Below are positions 31,768 through 50,225 of a stretch of 64,000 nucleotides of DNA, piece after piece (the first letter of the stretch is position 1; each line of letters starts with the position of its first letter). The notes under the pieces were generated by a model that made no database searches, had not been told where the DNA came from, and was given only the letters and a program-made list of their open reading frames with translations. The position numbers and the translations under genes were made by a program. Source of the DNA: the human T2T-CHM13v2.0 reference genome, Homo sapiens; NCBI RefSeq assembly GCF_009914755.1, contig NC_060935.1. One strand, written 5' to 3'.

Positions 31768-31999
31768 AAAAATGATACAATGCATATGTTGGAAAAGTCT
31801 CTGGAATCTGTGTTTTTTCCTTCATTGTCACCACCCCTGCCCGGGTTCAGGTCTGTGCTGCTGCAGTGGCCTCCTAATTAACCTCGCTTTCAACTTCCTC
31901 CACTTTGCCATTAGCACTAATTTTCCAAAACATAAATCAGGCAAAAATAAGCAAGCGAAAAAGCAGTAATCAGAAAATGCAAAATAAGATGGTATTGTA

Positions 32000-34900
32000 T
32001 ATTCCTAGTGGGGGTATAAAATGGTATGGCCACTATGGAAAGATACGGCAGTTCCTCAGAAAGTTACTATATGATCCAGCAATTCCACTTCTGGGTATGT
32101 ACGCAAAAGGAGTGAAAGCAGGGACTCAACCAGATACCTGCTACATCAGTGTCCATTGCAGCATCAGGGTAAACAAAACGTGATTCATCCATACAATGGA
32201 ATATTATGCAGTCATAAGAAGAGAGGACATTCTGACACATGCTACAACATGGATGGCACTTTAGAAACACTATGCTAAGTGAACTAAGCCAGATACAAAG
32301 GGACAGATATTGTATGAGTCCATTTATGTGAAGGACTTAGAATAGTCAAAAGAAAGAAAGTAAAATAGGGGTTACCAGAGATTGGGGAAAGGGGATGATG
32401 GAGAGTTTGATGGGTATAGAATTTCTGTTTGGGATGATGAAAAAGTTCTGGAAAAATTCAGTGATGGTGGTTGCGCAACACTGTGAATATATTTCATGCC
32501 ACTGAATTGTATATTTTAAAAGTTTAAAACAGTAAATTTTATGTTATGCATATTTTGCCACTATCTTAAAAGACAAGGCACAGAGCAGAATGTATGGAAT
32601 GCTGCCATCTGAATGGGAAAAAGGAACCTAAATAAAACTTAAAACTTCAAAAAAAAAAAGTTGTTACAAATAAGTCCCTATGTGTCAATAATCAGACAAA
32701 GAATGCAAATAGATTAAAGAAAGCTATTGAACATGGGTTATTAGATTTGCTTTTTTGAAAAATTCAGCTATATTTAACCTACAGAAGACACACCTAAAAC
32801 AAAACTGCCACACAGAAAGTGCAAAACTAAAGGAATGTTATAAAGCATAACTCACTAATACTGCACTAGAGAAAGAAAACATGGTGCAGCAACATTACCG
32901 TCGGACAGAAAAACAACTGAAGGCAAAATGCGCCAAGATACAGAGGCATAGTCATTAACAACTGATGGAATAATTCACCAAAAAGATGTAGCAATCATGA
33001 ATTTGTATGACCTTCATGCTATAGATCTGAAATATATAAAGCAAAATAGAATTATAAGGAAAAAGGAGACGAATTCATAATCTTAAGTGAGGGATCTCAA
33101 CACATTTTTAGCAAAAACATAAAAATCACACAAAATTGAATAAGCAATTAGCAGATTTAAACAACAAAATAAGCCAGTGAATGGATAGATAACTGCCCCT
33201 AACAAATAGAGAATATACATGTTTTTCAAATTAATATAGAATATTTTCAAAATTGATTGTATTAAGTCTTCATTAAAGGAAGTCTTCATTAATTTCAAAG
33301 AATTGACGTACAGACTACATTATCTAACTACAGAGTAATTAAATGAAAAGAATTAACTAAAATATCATTTAAAAATATATACATATACATACACATATAT
33401 GTATATATAATACAAATGTGGACACTATGAAATGTACATCTAAATAACTCATGAGGTAAAGAGAACATTACAATAAAAACGACAAGCTATTTCAAGCGGA
33501 TGATAGTGAAAGTACTGCATATCAACTCTTGTAGGATGCAGTAAAGTAGTCCATAGGGGTAATTTACAGCTTTAAGTGCATTTCCTAAAAAAAAAAAAAA
33601 AAAAAATTTAAAGACTGAAAATAATAAGGTAAGCAGTTAACACAAAAAGCTAGCAAAACAAGAGAAGGAAATAATAAAGACAGCAGTAAAAAGCAGAAAT
33701 TAATGTACTTCATGAACCACAACCAAGAAAATCAATAAAACCAAAAGCTGGTGCTCTGAGAAGGCTGACAAAATAGACAACCTCTCCTAGAACTGATCGA
33801 GAAAGTCTAGAAAAGGTCAAAGGCCATAATTATAGATACAGAGGTCATCTTTAAATATAGAATATATGAATACGAATATATGAATAAATTTGAAAGTTTT
33901 GAGGATTCAATACTTTTTAAGAAAAATATAAAATATCAAAATTGACTCAAGAAAAAACATAAAAAAGAAAACAAACTACAAAAGAAAGTGAATGAGTAAC
34001 CTATCACCTTCACCACTCCAACTCCAATAGACATCAGACCCAGACAGTTTTTCAGACAAGTTTTTTCAAACGTTCAATGAACAAATAAATCCTACCTTAC
34101 CCAAACTTTTTTAGAGGCTAGAGAAAAAGAAGCCAGTGGGGTGGGGATGGGGAAGCCTAACTAACGCATTTTATTAGGCAATACAATATTGATACCAAAA
34201 TGAAAGAATATATGAGAAAGAAAAATTACAGGTCTATCTCACTTGTGAACAAAGATTCAAAAATCCTAAAGAGCGAAATCTTACAGTACATAATAATCAA
34301 ATTGGGCTTAATCCCTGGAATGCAAAGGCAGATTAACATTGGAAAGTTTGTTGTCATAGATATATTATGAGATTAAAAGAGGAAAACAATCTGATCATTT
34401 CAACAAATACATAAAAAGGCACTCAATAAAATTCACCAGTCCTTTATTATAATTCCGATAATTATAATAATAGCAAATCCCTTAGGAAACTAGGAATAGA
34501 AGGAAGCATCCTTAACCTGAGAAGGGCACGTAGCAGAGAAGCCAGTCAGTCCTGCAACAGCCACTTCCCCTTATCCTACAGTGGCAGCAATTGTAGTGGA
34601 GCATATGGTTGGCTCACCTCAAGAGTGCATTTCCCAGCTTCCTATTTAGTTGGCCCGACCACATGACTAGGCTGTGGCCAAAGGGCTATCAGTGGAAGTG
34701 ATTATGACAATGCCGGTCTTGCCATGAAAGGTTAAGGAGTGTGCACTTGCCCTCCTGTTTTCTCTTCCCCAGTGTCTGGAAGATGAACATAAGGGTAGGG
34801 GCTGGTGCAGCCTTCTTAGACCACAAAATGCAAGCCCTCCATTGAAGATGTCAGGGCAACTAAGACAGAAATCTGAGACAATAACATTGATTAGCCACCA

Positions 34901-35490
34901 TATTAGTCCTGAAATGGTTGTAGTTTTGAGTCTTTGTTATAGCATCTGAGTATGTATTCTACCTAATAAGGGCATCTCTCAAAAACCTACAGCAACTATC
35001 TTATTTAGGGCAAGGCAAGGGAATTTTAGAAATATTTAGAATTTAGGAGGAATTCAACAGTGCCCCAGACCAGAACTTCCATTCATCACTATGAGGTTCT
35101 AGCCAGTATAATAAGGCAAGGAAAAGGGAAAAGAGTACAAAGATGGGGAAGGTATCACGGTCCAATATCTGTGATAAGATCATTGTTTAAATAGAAAGTT
35201 GAAGGAAATCCACAGACAAATCATTACAAATAAGAAGCAGAATTCATGTCTGGAGCGGGATTGAGAACCCCAAATCAGACCCATGTGTAATCAAACCCTG
35301 AGAGCTGACGGGGCTGCACTGCAGATATCGTGGACTATATCTGTGTTTTGCCATACATGGTGCTAGACAATTAATTGTCCGTATGGAAAAAAATAAAATT
35401 GAATCCCTACCTAATGCCAATCACGAAAATCAATTCCAGGTGATTTAAAGCTCAATGACAAAAGCAGAAATGTAAAACTTTTAGTAGAAA
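32000..35490 (+). mobile_element. Old L1 fragments (L1MB-like 3' end, L1ME-like ORF2), interrupted by an MLT1-like LTR at ~34560-34960
   Basis: L1 3'UTR motifs (atatgatccagcaattccacttctgggtat) and the MLT1 motif catttcccagc...catgact. Confidence 0.7.
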
Positions 35491-35750
35491 TTCTAACATC
35501 ACATTTATCCCACCTTGATCTAGGTTGCAGTGAGCATCATTCCATTAAAGACGCTGTCCTGGAGGTGCAGACTGCCTCAATGCTGGCACACTGGCAACAC
35601 TGCAACACTTTTTGGGTCATCCTGCCCTGTGGCTTGCTGAGAGGGTGATGATACTGTTCAAGGAAATACTCATGATACCCTCTGTCAGATTCACTTCCCA
35701 CAGGCATATTGAATCATGAAATTTTAGTCTTGGTGGTTGAAAAGACCTAA

Positions 35751-35957
<207 letters not shown>

Positions 35958-36912
35958 TAAAACACTTAATAACATTGAATTAAATATTTAAAACCTTTTA
36001 GATGGCTACTTGAGCTGGTAAAAAATTAAGGAAACCCAACAGAGGGCAAAATTCAGAGGGCCAAGCTAAAACTGAAGCCTGAAGTGACCTCTGAAGCATC
36101 TGCTGATCCCAGCAACCAAAGGCGCTGGTTTTAACTGCTGCGTGGAGGAGAAAGGGGGAACTATGGCAACCCTAACTGTGGCAAACACTTACAAGGACAT
36201 GTGTGATCTGCTGGGCTGTGCTCTAGGTGCTTTACGTATATTAACCCCAGTCGAAGGCACACTCAGGGTAGAAGGTCTGCTGCAGGATCCACACATGGAC
36301 CAGAACTGCGGAGGGCTCTATCTACTCTGGGAACAAATGCCCTGAAAACAAATGGCAAGGAAATGTGTGTGTGATCCTGGCTGGTGGGAGGGGAGGAGGC
36401 TCACTTCAGGTTGAAATCTGAATTCATACTGTGCAGCCTAATAAAAAAAAAATTAGCCAAAAATTGTTAGTCATCCAAGTTGGAAGTGCCACCAAGCTCC
36501 AAGTGGAAGCAAACAAACCTTCTCTGAAGAGCACATTCTCAAAACAAGCCTCAAAGAACTCCCACAGGGAAAGCCCCAGTGATTATAATTCGCAGTTTAA
36601 AAAAATCACAAAATATGTGAGGTTCCAAGCCATAAGGAGAAAAATTCAAGAGATGAAACAAACACAGAATGAGACAGAGACTTTACTATAGTTATGAGCT
36701 ACAGAGAAGATAATTATTTCATATTTTTAAATTTAAAATAAGAAATCAAAAGTGTGAGTAAGCAACAAGAGACTACCAAAAAAAATGACCATCCAGATTT
36801 CACCTTCTACTCCACAGAATTCTGGTGGCAATAATTAATCTAGTTAATTAGAGACAAAAGGCCACGTGAAGAAACAATATCACAGACTGTACAATCTATG
36901 CCTGAAATTTTA

Positions 36913-37611
<699 letters not shown>

Positions 37612-37736
37612 CTACACTCATGGTATAAAACCAATTCCTGCTTTTCTGAGAGGAAGAGACCTCTCTCCATCCTAGTGGACAGTGCTCCTTCTCACTCTAT
37701 GAAATAATTGTCCAAAAATGTATAATTTAACACTTA

Positions 37737-40438
<2,702 letters not shown>

Positions 40439-40636
40439 TATGTTGTTGCCTATACCAAAATAGGCCTGTTATAAACGTTTTTATATTTTATATTTTACGT
40501 TAAATTTTTAAGTTGTATATTTTACAGTTGCTTTAAAAAATGATGTAGCAAATCAATGTTTAACATATACAAAAATGATTAAGAAAGACATTTGTAACAG
40601 TGCTGGAAAGGTAGATGTTAATTACTTTAAAAATCT

Positions 40637-40983
<347 letters not shown>

Positions 40984-41384
40984 CTACCTCTTCAGTTTAC
41001 ATCAACACCATTTTAATCATCCAGATTAATTTATCAGTTAAAAATAATTCCCAACTTTTTATGGCTACTGAAACAATAGCAACAAAAGGTTGGGGTACAT
41101 TGTTTCAAGTTTCAGGGGTAAGGAACTAAGAGAGGAACTAAAAAGGGTAGTTCCAGCTCTATGTGGAGGAGGAAGATGAACGAGTAAAACGCTTGTCTAC
41201 CACAGGAAGAGGGCAGGAGACAATCTTTACAGGTGTGGAGGTTCCCCCAGGAAACCTGAAAGCAGAAGTTGCTAAGAGTGGAAGCTTCTTGGAGGGAGAC
41301 AGACTATGGGAGAAGTGGAGCAGGGTACTATCACTTTCCATGGAGCCTTGACTGTGGTAATCGATTTTTACCCATGCCATCGCT

Positions 41385-41580
41385 AAAAACAAATACAAAA
41401 AATTAGCTGGGCATGAGGGCGCATGCCTGTAATTCCAGCTACTTTGGAGGCTGAGCTGGGAGGATCACCTGAGCCCAGGGGGTCAAGGCTGCAGTAAGCT
41501 ACGATTGAGCCACTGCACACCAGCCTGGGTGACACAGTGAGACCCTGTCTGAAAAAAGAGTTATAAAATAAAAAAAAAAA
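41385..41580 (+). mobile_element. Alu right arm
   Basis: Alu consensus, 5'-truncated. Confidence 0.8.
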
Positions 41581-43777
41581 TACTGTCATGTGTTTTTATC
41601 TCTATTGATGGCAATTATAATAATAATCCCTCATAGCCTGTATACAGCAGAGACTCCCATGAGAGTAGGACTAACTCACGCTAAGAAAATTACATTCCAT
41701 TGCCTTGCGCTCATGACTTAGTTGCGGGGAATAAAAAGGTAAAAGAAATGGAAAGCTATTGATGGCGATGATGCCACAAGTGTGAGTGAAGCAAGCAACG
41801 GAGGATCCCCAGCTTATGTTCCTTCACCTGAACCAAGTGTCTCCACATGAGGACAGGTGGCATGTATGGAGAGACACCAGCACGAGGTCAGGGGTCTGCC
41901 ACCAACAGACCTCACTGCTTGGGTGAATTTACCTATTCCTTAGCTTTTCCAAAAACAGAACACAAACTTTATTAGTATTTCCAGAGATAACTGGTTTCTC
42001 AGTGATGGATTGATTCCAGCCAAATCACAATGCATGATCAGAATGCCATGCGTCAATTCATGATGGAAATAACATCCTTTTCCAGTGCCCAAAATGTTCA
42101 CGTTGTCTCTCCAAGGCCTCTCATTTCTCAGTATGGAGCTACTAGGAAGCTAAGTCAATGGCCAGACAGTTGCATGTTGAGCACAGAATTCGAGGTGTGT
42201 AGACATCGAGTAGATTGGGAGGGCTCTAAGTCTCTTGCCCACTGCACACAGCACTTCGTGGAGAAGGCATCTCCGTGCCCTTACAGACAGTGCTCTGTCG
42301 CCTGCCAGCACTGGACACACTCTGGGCCTCCTTTCCTCTGTTCCAATGCTGACCGAGTGCCCTCGTGATGGTACATTCTTTCTTACATGTGTCGGTCACC
42401 AATTAAGCTAGGAAGCTGCTTCTAGACAAGAAGCTGTTTCTTTGGCCTTCCATTCTGACGTAATTCAAGTTAAGCCTTTCTTAGAGTCATCTCGTTTCCA
42501 AGTCCTTAGGAGTTACCTCATTTTGTCCCCAGTTACAGTCTACACCCTGCTTTAGGCTTCATGGTCATTTGACCTGCCTGGTCCCCACACCCAGCCAGCA
42601 GCTGAGCAGCTCCCATCCCCAGGAGCCCACCACCCTGCACAGCTCTGTCCTCTGGATGCCACCACCTGGTCCTCCTCCACATCTGACATCTCCATCTGGG
42701 AAGGCCTGCTCTGGCTTGACAGCGTCACAGGGTCCAGGCTTTCTCCCACTGTCCTTCCTCCTCCTTACCCAGAGCTGCGTCTTTAGCTTCCCCATCAGTC
42801 ATGTCATGGCGTTTCCAATGTTCAGAGAAGTATATGGCCTCGTAGACTAAACCAATGAGAGCTCAAACATTTTCAGACAGTCAACCCTAGACTGTCTGCA
42901 ATTACTTTTTAAAAATCAATTTGTTTTTCCACTTTGGTTGTGTGAACTAAGTTTCACGGACTTCTGGATTTCTACCCACTGGTGCACCCCCACATCACTG
43001 TCCCATCACTGGGGCTCTCAGTGACTTCAGCAGGAGCTCTGTAATGGAAAAATCACGTGAAGACTGTGGTTAGGGTCGTTAGACATTGGGACTAGGACAT
43101 GTTCTCCCTTTTCAACGTGTAACTTAAGGCTAGGCAGACATAAGAGCAGAAAGTGAGCAGCCCACAGCAAGAGCTGAGGGAGGACAGACAGCACAGACAC
43201 CAGATGCCAGCTTTGGCAGGGTGGCCGAGGAAACTGATGCCCCTAGTGCTGTCAAGCATGGCAATGAGGTCTGCCTCCTACTTCAGCCACATCGTCTACT
43301 TCCAGCCCCCGACTCCACGTGACAATTGGCCCTACCATCCCTTGACCACACCTCCTGGCTGGGGGAGAACTTTCTGAGAAAATTTCAATGTAGAATAAAC
43401 CAATTCATAAAACTTTTTAAAAATGGGATGTGGAAATATTACAGTTAACGCTCAACAATGACATCGTTAGCACTTGTCTGAGGGGCTAGAGGATGCAAAC
43501 CAAAACCCAAGAAAAATTACGCCCCTTGAAGTGTGAGCCACCAGTATCTTGACTAAATTAGTTGGCCAAGATAATACCAAAAATTCGTACCAGCTTCATG
43601 CAAAAGTGGCTGCTTCTCGCTGTTTTGGTTGACAACGAGCATTAGGACAAGGTTGCTGAGAAGTAACTGTAACACGTGCAGTGCTAGCCGTTCCGGTTTC
43701 TCTAGACTATGCTCCACTTACTGACTTCTAAGTAACCTTATTTCATATTTAATAATGAAGGATTTGTGATTACTTAC

Positions 43778-43849
43778 AATTTCAGACACTGGGATTTGGT
43801 ACAGTTACATGGCTTTTTAGACTTTGTGTCCCATGAACTAAGAGTTACT
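43778..43849 (-). CDS. TESMIN: Candidate TESMIN cassette exon ('6b') encoding VTLSSWDTKSKKPCNCTKSQCLK(L), the N-terminal part of CXC1
   Basis: Acceptor ttttcttttttaatctttatag| and consensus donor |gtaagt. 72 nt, phase 2/2, matching exons 6 and 7. No stop codons. The peptide matches the LIN54/TSO1 KPCNCxKSxCLKLYC motif. Confidence 0.8.
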
Positions 43850-46800
43850 CTATAAAGATTAAAAAAGAAAATGTATTCAGCTGGTTACTCCTTATATAGA
43901 GAATTAGCTAAGCATCTGGTGTTTTTCAACACATTGTGAGAATCTCAACACCAGATCGTTATAGGTATTATTGACAGATGCCTAATCATGAAGTGGGAGT
44001 TTCCAATGTGATGGAACTAGCACCACCAAACACAGCCACACATGCCCAGGGAGCCAGTGTGCATGCGGAGCAGGGTCCTAAGGCTCTTCACCCTTCCCAA
44101 GATGTCTTCCTGGAGTTCTTCTCCCCCTGACCTATTTAAATCTCTATTTTTTGTGCTCCTCTCCCCACTGAACAGCTCTTTCCCCGCCAAAATCTGAATG
44201 CTAATGGGAAGTACAAATTAAAGAACAATAGATGAAGCGTCGTTCATCTTCAGATATACCAGTGCTAAAGCAGTCCACGCTGTAATATTACTAACAATAT
44301 CAAAGCATGTTAGTAATCACTTAAGTGTGCCATGTGATCATTGGGGACTTTCCTCATTTTAGGAAGGGATTATTACAACTCCCTCCTAACTGCATTTGGC
44401 GATTAGCTCAGAAGTCATCTTCAGGGGCATTAGAGAAGAAACAAACTCTTCCTCTAACGTGTCTCTGGGTGTTGCTAAATGTGAGGGCAGCTGCACATTA
44501 AACCATCGGGAGAAGTTCCCAAGCATTGCTCAGAAGAGACACTCACCAAGGAGCTCAGAACATTTGCAATGGAAGTGGTTCAATAGGCTGTGATGACAAG
44601 GAGGGGCACGTGTACAAAACACCATGTGACAAAAACCAAACTAGATGAATTCTAAACGAATATAGCATTTAATTTAGAATTCTGTGACAGGGCTGTCCCT
44701 GTGCCCAGTGGGGGCATGCATCTCTGTCAGTGTGCTCTTTGAGGTCATGTACACAGGCCTCATCTCTGCAACGCACTGGCCACTTCTGAGCAAGGCTGCA
44801 TCTTAGTCTTGGGTTTTCCCCCAGAGCTAGAACAGCACCTGGCACACAGTCCGTGCTTGCTGTCAGCCTCGCGCCATCTCATGGAACATAGGGGTTGGTA
44901 ACTAATACAAACGCCCTAAAGAGAGGCAAAGTCTTCGCCCTGTCCTCTGTGCTCCGAGCGCCCGCACGCTCAGCAGTCTTGGCTGGCTGTCGGGGCTGAG
45001 GTCAGTTCCAAATCCTCCCCCACTTGGCCTGCCCTCACCTCACTGCTCTGGTCTTCCGCCCCTGCTCTCACCACCTGTGCATCTGTTTAGTGACCCATCC
45101 CACTCCCCATGGGAAACAGCTCATGGCACCTGACATGGGGGCAAGCTGCTAACTTTGACTGCTTCTGGAGAGAGCTCCCATTTTAGAGGTAAAGACAATG
45201 TTGCTGAATGCTGTATTAATTGAGAATTCATCTAGTTTTGTTTTTCCTTTAGAGACAGAACAGTTACAGCTTTTTGCCCTCATGGGTGCCTAGAGGTGGC
45301 AGGTCTAGCTATCCTGCCACCTGGCCTGTCCACCTGTGGGTCAGACCTGGGCCTGTTCAGAGGGGGGGCTCTGACAGCTACTTCACTGCTCTTGCCCTCG
45401 GCCCTCTCAGACCTGCCCTGAGCTGGGGCACAGGGTGGCCCGGCACTTCCTGTCCAGAGGAACGAAAACTGTTCTGTTGAGGAAGTGGTGTGGGGGCTTG
45501 CGGAGGCAGTCCAGTGGGGACCCACTGTAACTGTGGAGGGAGGGTGACAGGCCCACGAGTATCTACAGAGTCAGGAGGAGGCCGGCAGGCATTTACTATA
45601 AATCACTGTGTGGCCAGGACTGTGGTCAGTGCTTCAGGGGACACCAAGGATAACTATCTGTTTAATATACAGTGCCTGTCCTGGAGGAGTCCACCAAGTC
45701 AGCAGGGACATGAGACATAGGCAATGGAAACATTAGAGCACAGAAGAGAATAATCAACCAGCACACTGTCCTATACGGACTGTGCACATGGTGCCATATT
45801 GACTGTAAATGCCACAGGAACTCAGAATAATCAACCAGCACACTGTGCTACACCGACTGTAAACACTGCAGGAACTCAGAGGCAGCATAGTTCGGCACAG
45901 ATGGAAGAAGTGAAAACCAAATGCTTTTGAAGGAGGTGGAACTTGACATCAACTTTTAAGGCGGCAAGGTTTCTTCACTATTACTCAACAGGATGACCCA
46001 GTTGAAATAACAGCGCCAGTAAAGACACCCATCAGGAATGAGCACGGAGTGCAGGGGCAGTGAGGGCCTCTGACTGCAGTGGACACTAAGTGGAAACTCA
46101 CTTCCATGGCTCCAGATGGACTGCTCTCTCAGTGCCCATCTAAAAATTAAAGAGTTAGAAGAGATGTGGACAACTCTGCCTCAGAAAAGCATTCTAAACA
46201 AACTACACCACAACAAGATAACCTCATCTTTAGGAAAAAAATTTCCAGAGAAGCGGACTCTTGAATATTCTTTATTATGATGTTCATTATGTTACTAAAA
46301 CCAGTAGCATCAACAATGTGTCAGAATTCACATTTATTACCAGATTGGTAATAGGATTATTAAAGCTACAGAGTGTCAGGACAAGGATTTGTATTAAAGA
46401 GTTTTTATTAATATGATAAGCTAGTTAATAAGTTAGCCAGTTCACCCCCCAACCCTAACAAATGACCATCGGGTCAGCTCGCACACTCAGCCTGCTGGCC
46501 TCCAGCCTAAGCTGAACTGCTTCTATGGCCTCTATAGGTTAGATATGGCTGAACCACACTGGGCTGACAGTCTTGGTTGGGAACTCACACGGAATGAAAT
46601 AACCAGCAAAACGTTCTCTGACTGCTTTCTTACCACCAAAAATAAATTGGTAGAGATTCCAGTATATCATCAGTATTGCAGATGTCGAGATAAAAATCAT
46701 CAGGCCCAATTAAGTGGAGAGGCATTGGATTAAGTAATTATGTGCATAAAAAATACAAATACACATCTCATGTTTTTCCTGGCACACCGTTTACAATAGA

Positions 46801-47763
46801 GAAATATTTTGTAACATTCAAAATAAAGAAAAACATGTGACTGATTGAAAATAATCTAGTATAGACACAGAAGGAGGAAAAGGAGAGAGGAAGAAGAGCA
46901 GGGGGAGGAGAACAAAGAGGAGGAGGAGGGGACGAGAAGAGGAAGGAGGAGGAGGAGAATGGGAAGCCGGGGGAGAGGAAAAGGGGGAAAAGGAGAAATA
47001 GCTGCCCTGAAAACGCTGTCATGACTGCTGCTCTGTGCAAATGCCCATCGGCTGCAACACATAGAAGCCTCAGAGGGTGCTGCAACTGGGAGAGCACGCA
47101 ATTAAAGTATGAGAAGTATCAAATGTCCTTGAATGTTCTAGACACAATACAGCACAGAGGCAATACTATTGACCAGATGCCCCCAGATTACAAGAAAGAT
47201 GAGTATCTTCAGAACTGTAGCCTTTTAGATCATCCTGTGTAATGTATCAGCAGAATCTGGAAGTAGCTGAAGTCATTTTTGTTTGGTCCAGAAATGTTAA
47301 CAGCCATGATGAGATGACCAATTACAATCATAGCAACTGCACCCTCACCGATCCATCACACCCAGAGAGTGAAGCAAGCAGCATGGCCCACAGTCTTATT
47401 CTGTCCAACTCAGCAAAAGTTGTCAACAGCCTAGGCACAGAATTACAACAGCTGAAAGAGCCACTGCAGAAACTGAAGCAGCGGTGCCCAGGAGCAACCA
47501 ACGCCCTTCAGCGACCATGAGGGCTGATAGCGTTGATCGGTTCCAGTGTGTTTCCAGATTCACGGCCTTTCATTCCAGCCCCAAACCACTCTCCTCACAC
47601 TTACCAAGGCCATCACGAAGCCATGCCCGATGGCAGAACTCTGCAGGAGCCTGGAAAGCACTGGAGGCTGCGGGCTGTATCCTGTAAGGTGTTTGACTGC
47701 TGTCTCTCAGGCCCAGGGTATGTGTTTGCCTTAGACTGTGGGCCCAAAGAACTCCTGCAGGCA

Positions 47764-48188
<425 letters not shown>

Positions 48189-48823
48189 TTAACCTGATAA
48201 TTTCAACCAGCTGATTAGTTTAATTAGCAACAATTATAAACACAAGACAGGCAAGAAATAGCAAGATTATAAACACAAGACAGGCAAGAAATAGCAAGAT
48301 GAGGTCCCAGATAAGTGCAGCCTATGTCCACCTGGAGATGTGAAGACAGATCATGCATTAGCACCTGCCATAGAGCTCGAGCCAACTCAGCATGGAAGGC
48401 AGCAGGCGGAGGCAGCTGGAGGGCACTCTGCAGCCCCCCGTTCATGCTGCATGGCTGCCACACCATTATTTCCACGGACGACAGCAAAAAAGAGAGGCCA
48501 GTACAGTTTGAATCAACATGGAATGAAGACAAAGAGCTATAAATGGCAACAAGCCTCAGAAACACCAACATAGGACAGCGGACAGGAGGACAGGGACAGA
48601 TGCAGGTTATGGGCCAGACTTTCCAGCAGCCTTTGCAGCCCCAGTGAAACCAGACACAGACAGCAACACCGTTAGTGGCATTGCTGATGGTAAAAACATT
48701 TCTCAGAAGTCATGAAGGTGTGCAGTGAAGCTCATTTTATAGTATAGAAGAAAATCGTGAACGTATCCAAGAGTCTCTTAAATTATTACATTAGAGTGAC
48801 AATGTATTGCTTCTAATCCTTAC

Positions 48824-48912
48824 CCAGCCAAAGTTATTTTTGGTGGTCCTGGAAGAGTTGATCCCGAGGGGAAAGCAGACCCGTTGACTACCGATGGTAA
48901 GGCTCCCTCAAG
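48824..48912 (-). CDS. TESMIN: TESMIN exon 6: [30 protein letters not shown]
   Basis: tttgaacag| acceptor and |gtaagg donor; 89 nt; ends in phase 2. Confidence 0.93.
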
Positions 48913-50225
48913 CTGTTCAAAGTCAAAGGCAAGGATATTTTGAATTAGCAAGGATTTTTAAAGTTCCAGTCAGCCAGCCCCCTAGATAAAAATGATTCTT
49001 TTTTTCCCTAAAGGTTTACATCACCATCCCTTTATAACCATGTCTGGCCTTATTACCACAAGGAATCCACTGACATTCGGAAGGTCTAGTGCTGAGGTGT
49101 GTCACAGGCCTGTCTGGAAGTGTGCAAAGATGTCTGGAAGTGTGCAAAGATGCAGGGCTGGCCTCCACGGGCTGGAGGCCGTCCATAGCTGTCACTCAGC
49201 TGGCCAGGGGTATTGTCATGGAACTCCTTTTCATTTTTATAGACTATCAATTATGAAATAAATTTAATGACAAATTTCCATAAACTAGAAATGTTCTTAT
49301 ACAGATCTTGACATTTGAAGTCTTGTTGGCAACCATGATTTTTCATGTATTCAAAAAAATATTTTGTAACCAGTTTTAACAAATTCAAAAGCAATGTCAT
49401 CATCTCTGCATTGTCCATGTTCTTTGCTTTCCCAGGTCTCATCTTTCTTTATGTTACTCATTAGCATGGCCTGTGGAGGCTGTTCACAGGGAAAGGAACA
49501 GGCAGCAAAGCCATCACTGGCCTACTTCTCTTCTACTCAGTAGCTTGAAGAAATTAACAGTACTAAATACAATTAGGTTTTCAGATTATTTGCATATATC
49601 ACAATTAAACCTCATATCCTTGTCCCTTCCTCTGTCCAAAAATGGAAATGTATCTTTAAATAAATTTATTTTTAAAGCTTTAAGAAGTATAGTCTTAGAA
49701 AAAAAATGCGTCTTGTATTCATCCTCTGCACTTCCTCCATTCTGTGCCCAGTTTAAACTGTGTGTCATCACCATCCATTACGGCTGGAAGACACTGAGAA
49801 AGCCTCCTGGGTCCCACTGCCTCATTTACAATCAGTCTTAAGTCCCCAGGCTTCTTCCCGGGAAACCCCTTCCTGCTCTCCTCTTGCTCGTGCACAGAAG
49901 GGAGTGCTCACAAGGCCCTGAGACAGGTGTCCCTTTTGCCCTCACCTGGACACCTAATTGTTAGGCCCCTGTCTTCAAATGTCAGTCTGAAGAGTTTTGC
50001 ATTCTTTTGGAGAAAGGATGTCATAGTTCTCAGGATTGAGGCAATTATTCGCATAAACCAGGTAAAATTACTTTTTTTCCCCCTTTGCTTATTTAGCCCC
50101 AAAGTAAAGCAGAGACATCTCTTATGTACTCCATAGGTTGTAAATCCAGGGCAACTTTATGCTGGAATCCACGAGTTTCTTCAGCAATGTTTGGTCCTCT
50201 TGGAGTGAAGGAAGTCAACTCGGAG

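Noticed and set aside
47021-47520. Consecutive + strand ORFs as a possible retrocopy
   Set aside because: No recognisable protein family, no polyA/TSD and no clear splice structure.
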